Shown one piece after another: positions 1 through 9,900 of a DNA stretch of 64,000 nt. The DNA is from Bacilli bacterium (GTDB lineage: Bacteria; Bacillota_I; Bacilli_A; RFN20; CAG-826): assembly GCA_024408295.1 (NCBI GenBank), contig JAKSVE010000003.1, positions 2,043-66,042 on the forward strand, given 5' to 3'. Position numbers and translations under genes: made by a program. Each line of letters starts with the position of its first letter. The stretch's first letter is position 1. Below the pieces are notes generated by a model. The model did no database searches and was not told the DNA's origin. It saw only the letters and a list, made by a program, of their open reading frames with translations.

Positions 1-700
1 ACCAACCGGTGAAGGCATAGTGTTCTCTAGTTGGATCGGTTGGCTTGTCCATTGGCTTATCTAAGTCAACTGTGACCCTTTCTGCCTCTTCTGAGCCAAC
101 GTAGTTATAGTTGAATGTGACAGTAGCTTTTGATTGCTTCCATCCAGCATATAAATCAAATGATGATTCGACTTTATTTGAGAAATCGTATTTTTCTGTG
201 CATTCTTTATCGAGATACCAACCGGTGAATGCTTTTGTTCCATCTGGATAAACCGGTGTTGTTGGTTCTCCCAATTTCTCACCATTGTTAACGATGACTG
301 TTTCGTCTTTTGTGACACCATCGTTGTAATGGAGTGTGACAATTCTTTCTGAAATATTCTCTGCCCACTTAGCAAACACTGTCATGTCCTCATAAACTGG
401 TTTGCTTGGATCGAATTCTTCTGTTGAATCTGCTTTATAGCTTAAATACCAACCGACAAAGTTGTAGCCAGGACGAGTTGGAGCCTCCGGAAGAGTGACC
501 TGTTCTCCTGCTTTAACCACTACCTTTGTAACTGATCCATCATAGTTGTTGTTGAATTTGATGACATATTCATCATCAGCATCAACTACAGATGTATTGT
601 TTCCTCCTGAGCTGTTGTTGCCGTTATTACCGCATGCAACAAGGCTTCCAAGAGAAAGAATGGATGAAATGGCTAAGAATACTGACACTTTCTTTTTCAT
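1..700 (-). CDS. Surface lipoprotein with Listeria-Bacteroides (Flg_new, PF09479-type) repeats; 3' end cut by window edge
   Basis: Absent from the ORF track because no stop lies in the window. ATG (rc) at 698-700 is preceded by AGGAG. MKKKVSVFLAISSILSLGSLVAC-G carries a lipobox. At least three ~70-aa repeats each hold a G(Y/F)xFxGWY-type motif (PGYNFVGWY, KAFTGWY, HYAFTGW). The frame stays open to nt 1. Confidence 0.75.
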   Translation of the reverse strand, partial: MKKKVSVFLAISSILSLGSLVACGNNGNNSSGGNNTSVVDADDEYVIKFNNNYDGSVTKVVVKAGEQVTLPEAPTRPGYNFVGWYLSYKADSTEEFDPSKPVYEDMTVFAKWAENISERIVTLHYNDGVTKDETVIVNNGEKLGEPTTPVYPDGTKAFTGWYLDKECTEKYDFSNKVESSFDLYAGWKQSKATVTFNYNYVGSEEAERVTVDLDKPMDKPTDPTREHYAFTGW

Positions 701-765
701 ATTCTCTTCTCCTTTTTCCCTAATTATATAGGGAATTGGCAGCATTTGACTGCCTTATCTTATAA

Positions 766-798
766 ATCTCCGGTACGTCGGATAAACGCACCGGAGAT
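766..798 (-). terminator. Candidate terminator hairpin downstream of the GH3/collagen-like gene
   Basis: Imperfect 12-bp inverted repeat ATCTCCGGTACG (766-777) / CGCACCGGAGAT (787-798), 44 nt past the stop at 842. The trailing U-tract on the minus strand is weak. Confidence 0.35.
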
Positions 799-841
799 CA
801 TTGGTTCGCTAATTACCGATTATGTTCGGTTTTTGCGGGGA

Positions 842-3800
842 TTATTTGTCTGACTTTCTCTTCTTAGCAGCAACTGCAAATCCTAATGCAGCAACTCCTG
901 CGATGATGCCAGATGTAGCGACGATTGAGCCACCGCAGCCCTGTGCGTCTGCGCCATCCTTACCGTCAGCGCCGTCTTTGCCGTCGACACCGTCCTTACC
1001 AGGAGCGCCGTCCTTACCGTCTGCGCCATCCTTACCAGGAGCGCCGTCTTTTCCGTCGGCGCCGTCCTTACCTGGAGCACCGGTAGCACCTGTGTCGCCC
1101 TTGTCGCCCTTGTCGCCCTTTGGACCCTGTTCGCCCTGAGCACCATCAGCGCCATCGACACCGTCCTTACCGTCAGCGCCGTCTGCACCTGGAGCACCGT
1201 CCTGTCCCTTGACAACGCCAAGGTTCTCTGATGTTCCGTCTGTGTATGTGACGATTAATTCGCCAGCTTCGTTGACTGATGTTGATGCGATTGCTTCGTG
1301 TCCAACAACGATTGTTGTCTTTGATGTTGCAACGATCCATCTGTCGATTGTAGCTTTGATTTCGATTGCGTATGAGCCGACTGCGGTTGTCTTACCAGTG
1401 ATTGCACCAGTTGATGGGTTGAATGAGAGTCCTTCTGGGAGTTCGCCCTTTGTGATCTCATAGACAACTTCGTGCATGCCGTTGTTTGCTTCATCATAGC
1501 CAACGTTAATGTTTGTTGTTCCGTTAACGTATGCTGTGTATGTGTCATTTAATGCATAGACGAGGTTAGCACCGCTTCTTGGAGCTGTTAAGCCGTTCAT
1601 TGAGTGTGCCTGGTTAGCATATTCATTCATCATTAAGATAGCTGATGAACGGACGATGTACCACTGGTTGTTGGAGTAGTAGACATCCTGTCCTGTTGCT
1701 TCGTCAACCTTACCGATCATGACGCCACCCTTTGTTCCGGTGAGTGGGTTGTCATAGTCTGCATCCCATCTACCTGAGTAGACGTTGTTGAGTGGGTTAC
1801 CGTTGTTTGTATTGAACTTTCCACCTGGAGCGTGGTTGTGGCCTGTACGGAGCATTAAGTCCTCTGGAGCACAGTTAGCCTGTGGTGAGTACATATCTGG
1901 GTGGAACATGAATCCTGTTGCACCCCACTCGTTACGAACGAGCTTGTTGACCATTGAGTATGAAACTGGAGTTGGGACACATCCGATACGTGCGAATGCT
2001 GACATTGCACCTTCTGCTCCACCTTCCTGGATAGCCATCTGGAATGGCTTAACGTAGACTTCACGTAATGCCTGTTCTGATGCCCAGACCATTAAGTCAC
2101 CGGTGTTACGGTTTGTTTCCTGGTCGTTGAGGAACATGTGCTTTAAGTGTGATCCGACGCCGCATGACTGGATGCCTCTGACGACAGCCTGTGCCATGTA
2201 TCCTGCGTGGTAGCCGTCTGATGAATAGTATTCGTTGTTACGGCCTGAGAATGGGGTTCTGTGAGTGTTGATTGCTGGGTTTAACCACTGGTCTCTCTTT
2301 GTACCCTGTGTCATGTTCTTGAATAAGCCTAATGAAGCAACAACTTCACCCTGGTCATATCCGAGTTCGACATTCCATGTCTGAGCAATTGTTGTGTTGC
2401 AGCACCATGTGTATGTTGAGTTCCATGATGTTGGGGAGTCTGCGATACCACCGACTGGAAGTCCAAGAGCTTCTCTTGCTTGACCGTCGTTACCGCCCTG
2501 CCAGCATCCTTCATAGAAGTCTTCCCATGTCCATTCGTTCATGAATGCCTGCCATGCTGACTTGTTGGTGTATCCACGGAGCTTGCCGGTTGTGATTGTG
2601 TATTCTTCTGCGAAGAAGTCGATGCCGTTCAAATCATTGAAGACGATCCACTTGTCGCCTGCTGCTGCCTTAGCTGCTGACTGAGCTGCTGATGATGCCT
2701 GCTGGCTCCAGCCTCTCATCATTTCTTTTGTGACATCATATCCGTTGTCTTCGCCGTTGTAGCCGTTGACATCGTCGACCATGATCTTGTCGCTGTAGAG
2801 ATATGAACCGACGTTCTGGACTGTTGTGCCTTCTGTGAAGAGAGCTAAGTAGTCTGATGCTGATAACTTTGTTGCGTTCTGGTCGTCGCCTGAGAGAACG
2901 AGTCTGTCGACTGGAGTGACAGCACGGCAGTTTGTTCTTGTTGAGAATGAAGCGCCTGCTGCAACTGCTGCTGTGATGACGACGTTGTTGACTGTGACGT
3001 TGCCCCATGATGATGTTTCATATGTGACATAGTCACCGACTTCGTATGCCTTGTCAGCCTTTGATCCACCTGCGTTCTTCTGGAGAACGATTGAGCCAAG
3101 AGCCTTGTCGATTCTATAGATATCCTGACCGTTACGGACGTATGATCCAACTTCAGTGAATGATCCGTCTAATGTGAGGGCCTTTGGAGCTGACATAGCC
3201 TTTGTTGCTCTAACGACTGATGTTCCGCCTGAGATACCGATGTAATCATTTGCTTCGTAGTTTGTTGCTGCATCGAAGTATGCATATTTTGGAGCCCACT
3301 TGTTGAGTGAGTAGTTGTTATAGTAGTTGACTAATTCTGTGAACTTCTCTGTAACAACATATCCACCGCTGAATGAGCCTTCGAGTGTCTTAACTTCTGA
3401 AATGTTGAATGCTCCTGCAGCGTGTTCTGCTGTGAATTCGTAGTATTCAACTGTTGTTCCACCAGTCAAACCGGTTGTAGTTGTTGTAACTTTTACTTTG
3501 TCACCGACGTGATATGGGAGTGTGTTGCTGAATTCTAGGAGGTCAGCTAAGACTGTTCCGCCTGAGACGATGTTTGTCTTAAGACCAGCTGGCTTTGTTC
3601 CAACCATGTCTGATCTTGAGAGGAGGACCTGTTCTTCTGTGAAGAGCTTGTCTTCGTCGTTAATGATGCCATCTGAGTTCCAGTCGTTGTTGTTTGTACG
3701 GAGTGACTGTGATCTGCCTGATGACCAGATGTTTTCGATTTCGACACCTGAGAAGTCATCTAATGCGAGCTTAGCATCATCCTGGATTGTTAATGTTGCC

Positions 3801-5329
3801 TTGTTCTCTGACTGTGAGCAGTGTGAGGTGTTTGCAGCGATGATTCCGTATGCGCCTGCTTCAACTTCATATCCCTTGAAGCCGTTGTTGTTAGCATCCT
3901 TATAGTCGTATGAAGCGATATCCTGGATGTTGACCTTGATCTGGAGCTTCTGTGTTTCGCCTGGAGCTAATTCTTTTGTCTTTGCGTAGCCAACGAGTGT
4001 GACTGCTGACTTTTCGATTCCGCCAGCGTGGTATGGAGCCTTTGAGTAGATCTGGACGACTTCCTTACCTGCGACTGAACCTGTATTTGTGACCTTAACT
4101 GTGACTGTGATGTCCTTGATAGCTGCTTCATAGCCAATTCCTGAATTGATTGCTGAAGCTGGGAGTGAATCACGGCTGAGTGTTGGCTTGCCGATGTTGA
4201 ATGATGTGTATGATAAGCCTGAACCGAATGGGTAGACGACGTTATCTGCATACCAAGCATCTGCTTCTGACTTTGCGTTTGTTGGAGCAACTTTCTCAAG
4301 CTTTCCAGCCTTGTATGAGAGGTGTCCCTGGCAGATTTCTTCGTAAACTGTTTCGCTGTACTTGTAGCCGAGGTAGATGTCTTCGCTGTAGTCAATACCG
4401 TGGTTACCGACGTTGCTTGTGTGATCAGCTGCCTTTGAGCCATCTTCCATGATGTACATGTTTGTGCCAGCTGCGTTCTGTGTGTTAGCGATTGAGTTGT
4501 ACCATGTTGGGTTTGATGTGAAGTCCTTATCCCATGTATCTGCTAATTTACCAGATGGGTTGATTTCACCTGCGAGGAGCATTGGGATAGCTTTGATACC
4601 ATTTGCACCTGGACGGCCGATGAACATGATTGAGTCGATGTCTGCATCCTGCTGGAGGTTGTACATTTCCATTGCGTTGGATGTATTTAATAAGACAACA
4701 ACCTTATTGCACTGTGCCTTAGCATAATCAATCATCTTGATTTCATTTGCTGTGAGCATCTGGTTGTGCTTGAGTTCTTCTCCTGCACCGTTGACCTGGA
4801 GTGATTCGTGGCTCCAGCCATTGTTTTCTGTAGCGTCTGCTGCTTTTTCGCCTGTGCTGACTGGGAGGTCTGAACCTTCGCCGCCGCCTCTCTTAAGGAC
4901 GACAACTGCGACGTCTGTGTGATCAGCTAATGCTTCTGTTGGAATAGCTGTTTCTGTGATGATGTTTGAAGCAACATCGAATCCTGCGTCTGCTAAGACT
5001 GTTTTGACGTTTCCTGTACCGCCCTGGAGTGAGCTTGCTGCTGCACCGAAGACTGTAACCTTAGCTGTTGCTTTGTTGAGTGGGAGGGCATTGTCCTTGT
5101 TCTTTAAGAGAACTGAGCCTTCTGCTGTCAACTTGATGTTGATGTCGATTGCAGCTGCGCTTGCTTCTGCCTGTGTTCCATAAGCTGGTTTTGCATAACC
5201 ATTGTTAGCTGCGTCTGCAACTACTGGAGCCTTGTTGAGTCCACCAATGACTGGAAGTGCAAGAAAAGCACCAACAACGATTGGTGAAATAACCTTCAAC
5301 AGACTTGGTCTATTGCGTTTTAATTTCAT
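842..5329 (-). CDS. Large cell-surface glycoside hydrolase family 3 protein with permuted domain order, Ig-like domain, collagen-like GXY tract and C-terminal membrane anchor
   Basis: 1495-aa ORF with AGGAGG 8 nt upstream of the ATG and an N-terminal signal peptide. GH3 alpha/beta-sandwich motifs (VLLKN..LPL, KRGGGEGSDL, INPSGKLADTW) and an Fn3-like segment (VTVKVTNTGSVAGKEVVQIY) come before the GH3 TIM-barrel motifs (HRTPFSGRNNEYYSSDG, KHMFLNDQETNR, EVYVKPFQ, WGATGFMFHPD). LPEGLSFNPSTGAITG is Ig-like. There are 29 GXY triplets, then a hydrophobic tail plus KKRKSDK. Confidence 0.85.
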   Translation of the reverse strand: MKLKRNRPSLLKVISPIVVGAFLALPVIGGLNKAPVVADAANNGYAKPAYGTQAEASAAAIDINIKLTAEGSVLLKNKDNALPLNKATAKVTVFGAAASSLQGGTGNVKTVLADAGFDVASNIITETAIPTEALADHTDVAVVVLKRGGGEGSDLPVSTGEKAADATENNGWSHESLQVNGAGEELKHNQMLTANEIKMIDYAKAQCNKVVVLLNTSNAMEMYNLQQDADIDSIMFIGRPGANGIKAIPMLLAGEINPSGKLADTWDKDFTSNPTWYNSIANTQNAAGTNMYIMEDGSKAADHTSNVGNHGIDYSEDIYLGYKYSETVYEEICQGHLSYKAGKLEKVAPTNAKSEADAWYADNVVYPFGSGLSYTSFNIGKPTLSRDSLPASAINSGIGYEAAIKDITVTVKVTNTGSVAGKEVVQIYSKAPYHAGGIEKSAVTLVGYAKTKELAPGETQKLQIKVNIQDIASYDYKDANNNGFKGYEVEAGAYGIIAANTSHCSQSENKATLTIQDDAKLALDDFSGVEIENIWSSGRSQSLRTNNNDWNSDGIINDEDKLFTEEQVLLSRSDMVGTKPAGLKTNIVSGGTVLADLLEFSNTLPYHVGDKVKVTTTTTGLTGGTTVEYYEFTAEHAAGAFNISEVKTLEGSFSGGYVVTEKFTELVNYYNNYSLNKWAPKYAYFDAATNYEANDYIGISGGTSVVRATKAMSAPKALTLDGSFTEVGSYVRNGQDIYRIDKALGSIVLQKNAGGSKADKAYEVGDYVTYETSSWGNVTVNNVVITAAVAAGASFSTRTNCRAVTPVDRLVLSGDDQNATKLSASDYLALFTEGTTVQNVGSYLYSDKIMVDDVNGYNGEDNGYDVTKEMMRGWSQQASSAAQSAAKAAAGDKWIVFNDLNGIDFFAEEYTITTGKLRGYTNKSAWQAFMNEWTWEDFYEGCWQGGNDGQAREALGLPVGGIADSPTSWNSTYTWCCNTTIAQTWNVELGYDQGEVVASLGLFKNMTQGTKRDQWLNPAINTHRTPFSGRNNEYYSSDGYHAGYMAQAVVRGIQSCGVGSHLKHMFLNDQETNRNTGDLMVWASEQALREVYVKPFQMAIQEGGAEGAMSAFARIGCVPTPVSYSMVNKLVRNEWGATGFMFHPDMYSPQANCAPEDLMLRTGHNHAPGGKFNTNNGNPLNNVYSGRWDADYDNPLTGTKGGVMIGKVDEATGQDVYYSNNQWYIVRSSAILMMNEYANQAHSMNGLTAPRSGANLVYALNDTYTAYVNGTTNINVGYDEANNGMHEVVYEITKGELPEGLSFNPSTGAITGKTTAVGSYAIEIKATIDRWIVATSKTTIVVGHEAIASTSVNEAGELIVTYTDGTSENLGVVKGQDGAPGADGADGKDGVDGADGAQGEQGPKGDKGDKGDTGATGAPGKDGADGKDGAPGKDGADGKDGAPGKDGVDGKDGADGKDGADAQGCGGSIVATSGIIAGVAALGFAVAAKKRKSDK
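947..1207 (-). repeat. In-frame tandem 9/18-bp repeats encoding a collagen-like (Gly-X-Y)29 tract
   Basis: Repeated units such as gcgccgtccttaccgtct / gcgccatccttaccagga and 3x tcgcccttg. They translate as GKDGADGKDGAPGKDG... and GDKGDKGDT. Confidence 0.9.
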
Positions 5330-5552
5330 CTATATTTCCTCCTGATAAGTGGTAAGGGGAGATGAAACCCCTTTCGATTTGACTATAGGTTAATCTATGA
5401 AAGCGGTTTTGTACATTTAAATGAATGAATTGCTCAAAATCTTGATAGATGAAATTGTTTTAGGCAATCAAATGAGCATATTATTCAATCAAACAATCAA
5501 AAACATGATTTTAGTAGACCAGTATTGATGAATTTAAGATTCGGCATGATTG

Positions 5553-6845
5553 TTATTGGCAATATTTTTCTAAGTAGGCATCGAAAATTATTGTTGTTGA
5601 GGCGTTTTCGGTCCCAGTTTGAAGATAGACTTCTTTTATCTTGTCGTATGTATCCGTATATAGGTTCGCGGGCTTTATATCGATCGTATATGGTGACCAT
5701 GGCTTCATCCTTGGTCCCAACCCATCTTCATGAGTGTACATATAGCAATTTGTCTTATAAGTCCAAGAAAGATGTGACCACCCCTGCTTATCAAAGAAGT
5801 CGAATGAAGTCATCCAATTCTCTTTCTCATCCCAGCAAGACCACTCCCCTATGACAATCGGGACATCATACCCCATGAGGTTAGTAAGGGCCTTGTAGAA
5901 ATCTAAAACCGTCCCGTTTCCCTTTAAAGGCGTGACGTTATAGATGTGATAAGAGTAGGCAACATTCTCCCATCCGTACTTTTTGGCGTTTACCCCGTGG
6001 ATTGGAAAAGTAAAACACTCCATCATGATCATGTGGTTTGGATCTATTTCTCTAACGGCATCATATAGCTTGTCATAGAAATCGAAATTTAGTTTGCCTG
6101 CGTACTTATCAACCCCACTTCTAGGCTCATTTAATAAGTCATAGGCAGCGACTACTTTTCTACCTTTGTATCTAGTTGCCAATTTCTTCCACACATCGAC
6201 GGTGGCATTCTCATTCTTTTCGTTACCATATAAGTCCCATGAATCATCCGCACCGGAATGGTTATCATGATTCTGAGAACCGATTGCTCCGTGATAATCG
6301 ATTATCGCATATAGACCGTACTTCTCACACATATCGAGCGTCCAATCCAATTTATCGAATGCATTATCTCTATATGTGTATCCATCGGTGGTGAAGTTAT
6401 AGCAAGTGATTGGAATACGAACCGCATTCATATTCATATCCTTGATGTTCTTAAAATCCGTTTCCTGGATAAAAGTGTCGATATATAGCTTCTGCAATTC
6501 ATCAACTTGAGCGTCATTGAGATTTGGGTTTAGCTTCATGGCTTCTAAACCACGCTTCGGTGTGTAATAGCCGGTTTCAAAGCCTTCAACGGTTGATGAA
6601 GCCATCCACCACTCCTGATTAAACCAATCACCTAGATTGATGCCTCTAAGCTGAAGTAACTTACCGTCCTCGTCATATATATTGCGCCCGTACGCCTGCA
6701 CATAGCCCGTATCATTATTTATATTAGATGGCCTATCTTTATTAACGGGAATGGCTACCAAAGTAAGATAAAAAGCAATTGGTAAAACCACTACTGCCGC
6801 TAACGCTGATGATACGATTGTTACCACTAATTTCTTGCGCTTCAT
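5553..6845 (-). CDS. Membrane-anchored glycoside hydrolase family 5 (cellulase/mannanase-type, PF00150-like)
   Basis: The track start is GTG at 6902. The preferred ATG at 6843-6845 gives MKRKKLVVTIVSSALAAVVVLPIAFYL as an N-terminal anchor. GH5 signatures: acid/base YDLLNEP, nucleophile IVIGEWSCW, DYHGAIGSQN. Confidence 0.8.
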   Translation of the reverse strand: MKRKKLVVTIVSSALAAVVVLPIAFYLTLVAIPVNKDRPSNINNDTGYVQAYGRNIYDEDGKLLQLRGINLGDWFNQEWWMASSTVEGFETGYYTPKRGLEAMKLNPNLNDAQVDELQKLYIDTFIQETDFKNIKDMNMNAVRIPITCYNFTTDGYTYRDNAFDKLDWTLDMCEKYGLYAIIDYHGAIGSQNHDNHSGADDSWDLYGNEKNENATVDVWKKLATRYKGRKVVAAYDLLNEPRSGVDKYAGKLNFDFYDKLYDAVREIDPNHMIMMECFTFPIHGVNAKKYGWENVAYSYHIYNVTPLKGNGTVLDFYKALTNLMGYDVPIVIGEWSCWDEKENWMTSFDFFDKQGWSHLSWTYKTNCYMYTHEDGLGPRMKPWSPYTIDIKPANLYTDTYDKIKEVYLQTGTENASTTIIFDAYLEKYCQ

Positions 6846-6940
6846 ATTTTCAATTATAGCCATCGAATAAAATTGAAAAAGACACACATCATTTGCCTTC
6901 ACATTTTATCCAATTGGATAATTTTATGCGCATATACATG

Positions 6941-6971
6941 AAAATAGCCCCGATTTGCATTAATCGAGGCT
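6941..6971 (-). terminator. Candidate intrinsic terminator after the LRR gene
   Basis: AGCCCCGATT (6946-6955) / AATCGAGGCT (6962-6971) stem with one mismatch, 11 nt past the stop at 6982. On the minus strand it is followed by AUUUU. Confidence 0.45.
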
Positions 6972-6981
6972 AAATTCGCAG

Positions 6982-9900
6982 TTAATTTGGAAGACCGGCC
7001 TTTGCGTTTGCGGCATTACTGAACAAAATGAAGTCTTGCCGCGTTGCGCCATAGGTCCAGTATTTGATTCCGGTATTCGCATCGCTGACATCATTCTTTC
7101 GTTCAGCATAATAATAAACCGTCGAGTCTTTTGTTGAGTCGGTTGGATAATGCGTAGAAGTGTTATATTGCGTACCTCCCGTTGCATTAGGGACCAAAGG
7201 CGATGCTTGGCACGCCCTTTCTCCGACCAAGATATTACAAGTCTTGAATGATTTCGAGTTATTCAAGGTAAGGTTGGAGACTCTATTCTTGTTATTGCCG
7301 GTCGTGTCTGGCAAGTGCATATATTCAAGCTTATCGCATTCGAGGAATGCGGCTTTCCCGATATAACGTAGGTTTGTGGAATTTCTCAAATCGAACACTC
7401 CCGATTCTTTGGTTGTCACCACTCCGGAAGAACTGTTGTTGTAATATCTGTAGACTGGCTGACTATCGCTCATCTTATTCAAGGCAATGTCGCCATTGAA
7501 CGCATAGTCACCAATGTCATAGACACTTGTCAGCTGTGTGAAATCGAATTTCTGAAGCAACTTATTTCTTTGGAATGCGCCTTGATATGTTGCGTTGTCG
7601 AATGACGCGTTATTGATCATTGGGTGGTTTGTCTTCCACGCTTCCGTGTCTCCAGCGGCAATGTGGCTGCCGTTAATGTACTTCAATCCCGATAAATCAC
7701 CGTTAATCTCGGTTAAAAGTGGATTTGCTGCAACTCCATACGGATAAACTGTCGTGACTGTGTTAGGGATGGAGATTGATGTTGCTGCGGTACCGAAGAT
7801 AGCCTCACAGTTTATGTATTTAGTACCGGTTTCGACAACGAAATTGCCAGTCGTGGACGCTTGCATGCAGTACAGCAAACCATAATGGTTGCCGTTTTGA
7901 TCGTAATAAAGAGCATCGCCTGACCAAGATGTGTTAGGAAGGGTGAGATGCGTCTTATCAAAATATGTCATTCTTGAACTCACTTCATGTCCTGTTGCGG
8001 ATGTCGTAAGCTTTGGCGAGGTTGAGAATGCAGAGATACCAAAAGTTGTCGAAGACGCATCGGTTGTAACGCTTTGGAAGGCATTATTGAAGAAAGCATG
8101 CTTACCAACCTTCGTGCAAGTTGATGGAAGCCTGCAATACGATGCACAACCATTAGGATCTGTCTGAACTACACCAGCCACCTTATAGGTGAAGACCGAT
8201 AAAGCTTTGTTAGGCAAAGAGCTGTTGGTGTTGTATTTAGATAAGAAGGCCCTATCGCCGATTTCTTCTACGGTGTCAGGGATATAAACGGTGTTGACCT
8301 CTTTTTCACCAAAAGCAAAGTCGCCTATTTTCTTGATTGGTGTAGGAGTGTCAAGAAGTGTTAAGTCCAAAGGAGGAGTGACGCTTGTACTCAAACATTG
8401 AGTGATTGTCGTACCGCCATTTTCCTGGACAGTTGCAATAGAGCCGTTGTTGTAATAAGTAACCCCGGTGTCAAGATTACCAAGACCCAAGACATAGTAT
8501 GGAACTGGTCCTGCGCTGTTCGTTGTGTCTGTTGGGTTGGAGTTTCCGGTGGTGGACTCACGTAAATATCCAGACTTCGGGTTCATCCATGTCTTATCCA
8601 ATGGTTCTCTATCCGTATAAACAACCACGCCGTTGGTGCCCAAAAAATTGGTATTCCATCCGAAATTCGCAGTTGTGTTGAAATTTAGATTCAAGAAAAT
8701 TTCTTTTAGGCCGGTGCCGGCAAAAATATTGGAACTGAACGTTTTTAAACCATGGCTGCTGACGAATTTGACTAAATTGGAGCATCCGTTGAACGCGCTG
8801 TCTCCAAAGGATATCTGACTCTTGTTGTCGTTTGTTTTGCCGTGCGTGTTATGCTGGCATTCCAACATCCTCACGCTTCTGATGCTCTTCGCTCCGTTGA
8901 ACGAGTTTGAACCAACAGCAACGCTGCTACCTCCAGCTTGGCCTGCTTGGTAATTGCTGAGTGAGCAAGGCAATTCCAAATCGAATGTTTTCTTGGAATT
9001 TTTGCCCATGTTCCTGAATGTGCCATTACCGATATTTCCTAAGCAACAATCAGCGGTCGGGTCAGTCCTAAAGGAAAGATAACTGCACATCGTCAAATCG
9101 ATAAAACAATCACTCCAGAAAAATTCTAAAGAGTTCGGGAGAATAAGCTCTTCGATTTTGTTGTTTCCAATACTTGTTCCTGCGTCGTTATTGCCGAATT
9201 GTCGCCATCCGATCTCTTTTAATTCGGTGCATCTTTCATATCTTAACTGCTCAATCTCAGTGCATCCTTGATATGCGCTATACCAAATTCTAACCAATGT
9301 CTGGTTATGGATGATGCCTTTCAGTTCTGTGTGATATGCGAAAGCCTTAGGTCCAATGACCGCAAGAGGATAATCGGCGTTTGTCGCATCGTCGTGAACG
9401 TAATCAGGCAACGTTAAAATCTGATTATGCATATATCCTTCAACATCATCTGTATCGTAACGGTTATACGATAGCAATGTCGCATAAGAGTATCTTGATT
9501 TCCACGTCTTCTTTTTACTTTCAGAAACAATGGAACCGTTTAGCGTAATAGAATAGATAAGGCCCGGATATTGATTAGCACCCGAGATGCTAGGGACTTC
9601 GAACTGGGTTTTGATTTTATAATCATCCCTATTTGAGGTCGAATATAGGTAAGTGTAGTATCTTCCGTATGCACTAGGCACTTCGCTTTCCTTGCACTGG
9701 AAATACACGGTGAGGTTGTCACATTGCGTAAAAGCGAAATCCTCAATGCAAGCCACATTTTTAGGCACATGAAGCGCAGAGAAGTTGCCGCATTTCGAGA
9801 AGGCATATGACCTGATTGTTATCGGGTTGTTTGGAAGAAATAGGTAAGGCAAAGAATCGCAATTCTCAAAAGCACACCTGCCTATTTCCAAAAGGGTTTT

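Noticed and set aside
947-1207. Short direct repeats considered as a possible CRISPR or VNTR locus
   Set aside because: The units are contiguous with no spacers. Their periods are 9 and 18 bp, and they are in frame within a long CDS. This is a coding collagen-like repeat, not a CRISPR array.
822-1221. Track ORFs 822-1139 (+, PSLPS-rich) and 883-1221 (-, off-frame) inside the GH3 gene
   Set aside because: These low-complexity translations are frame and strand shadows of the collagen-like GXY repeat. The 1495-aa frame carries the coherent domain content.
5354-5373. Hairpin AAGGGG / CCCCTT between the GH5 and GH3 genes
   Set aside because: No U-tract follows it on the minus strand and it lies inside the probable GH3 5' UTR. 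The evidence is too weak to call a terminator or regulator.
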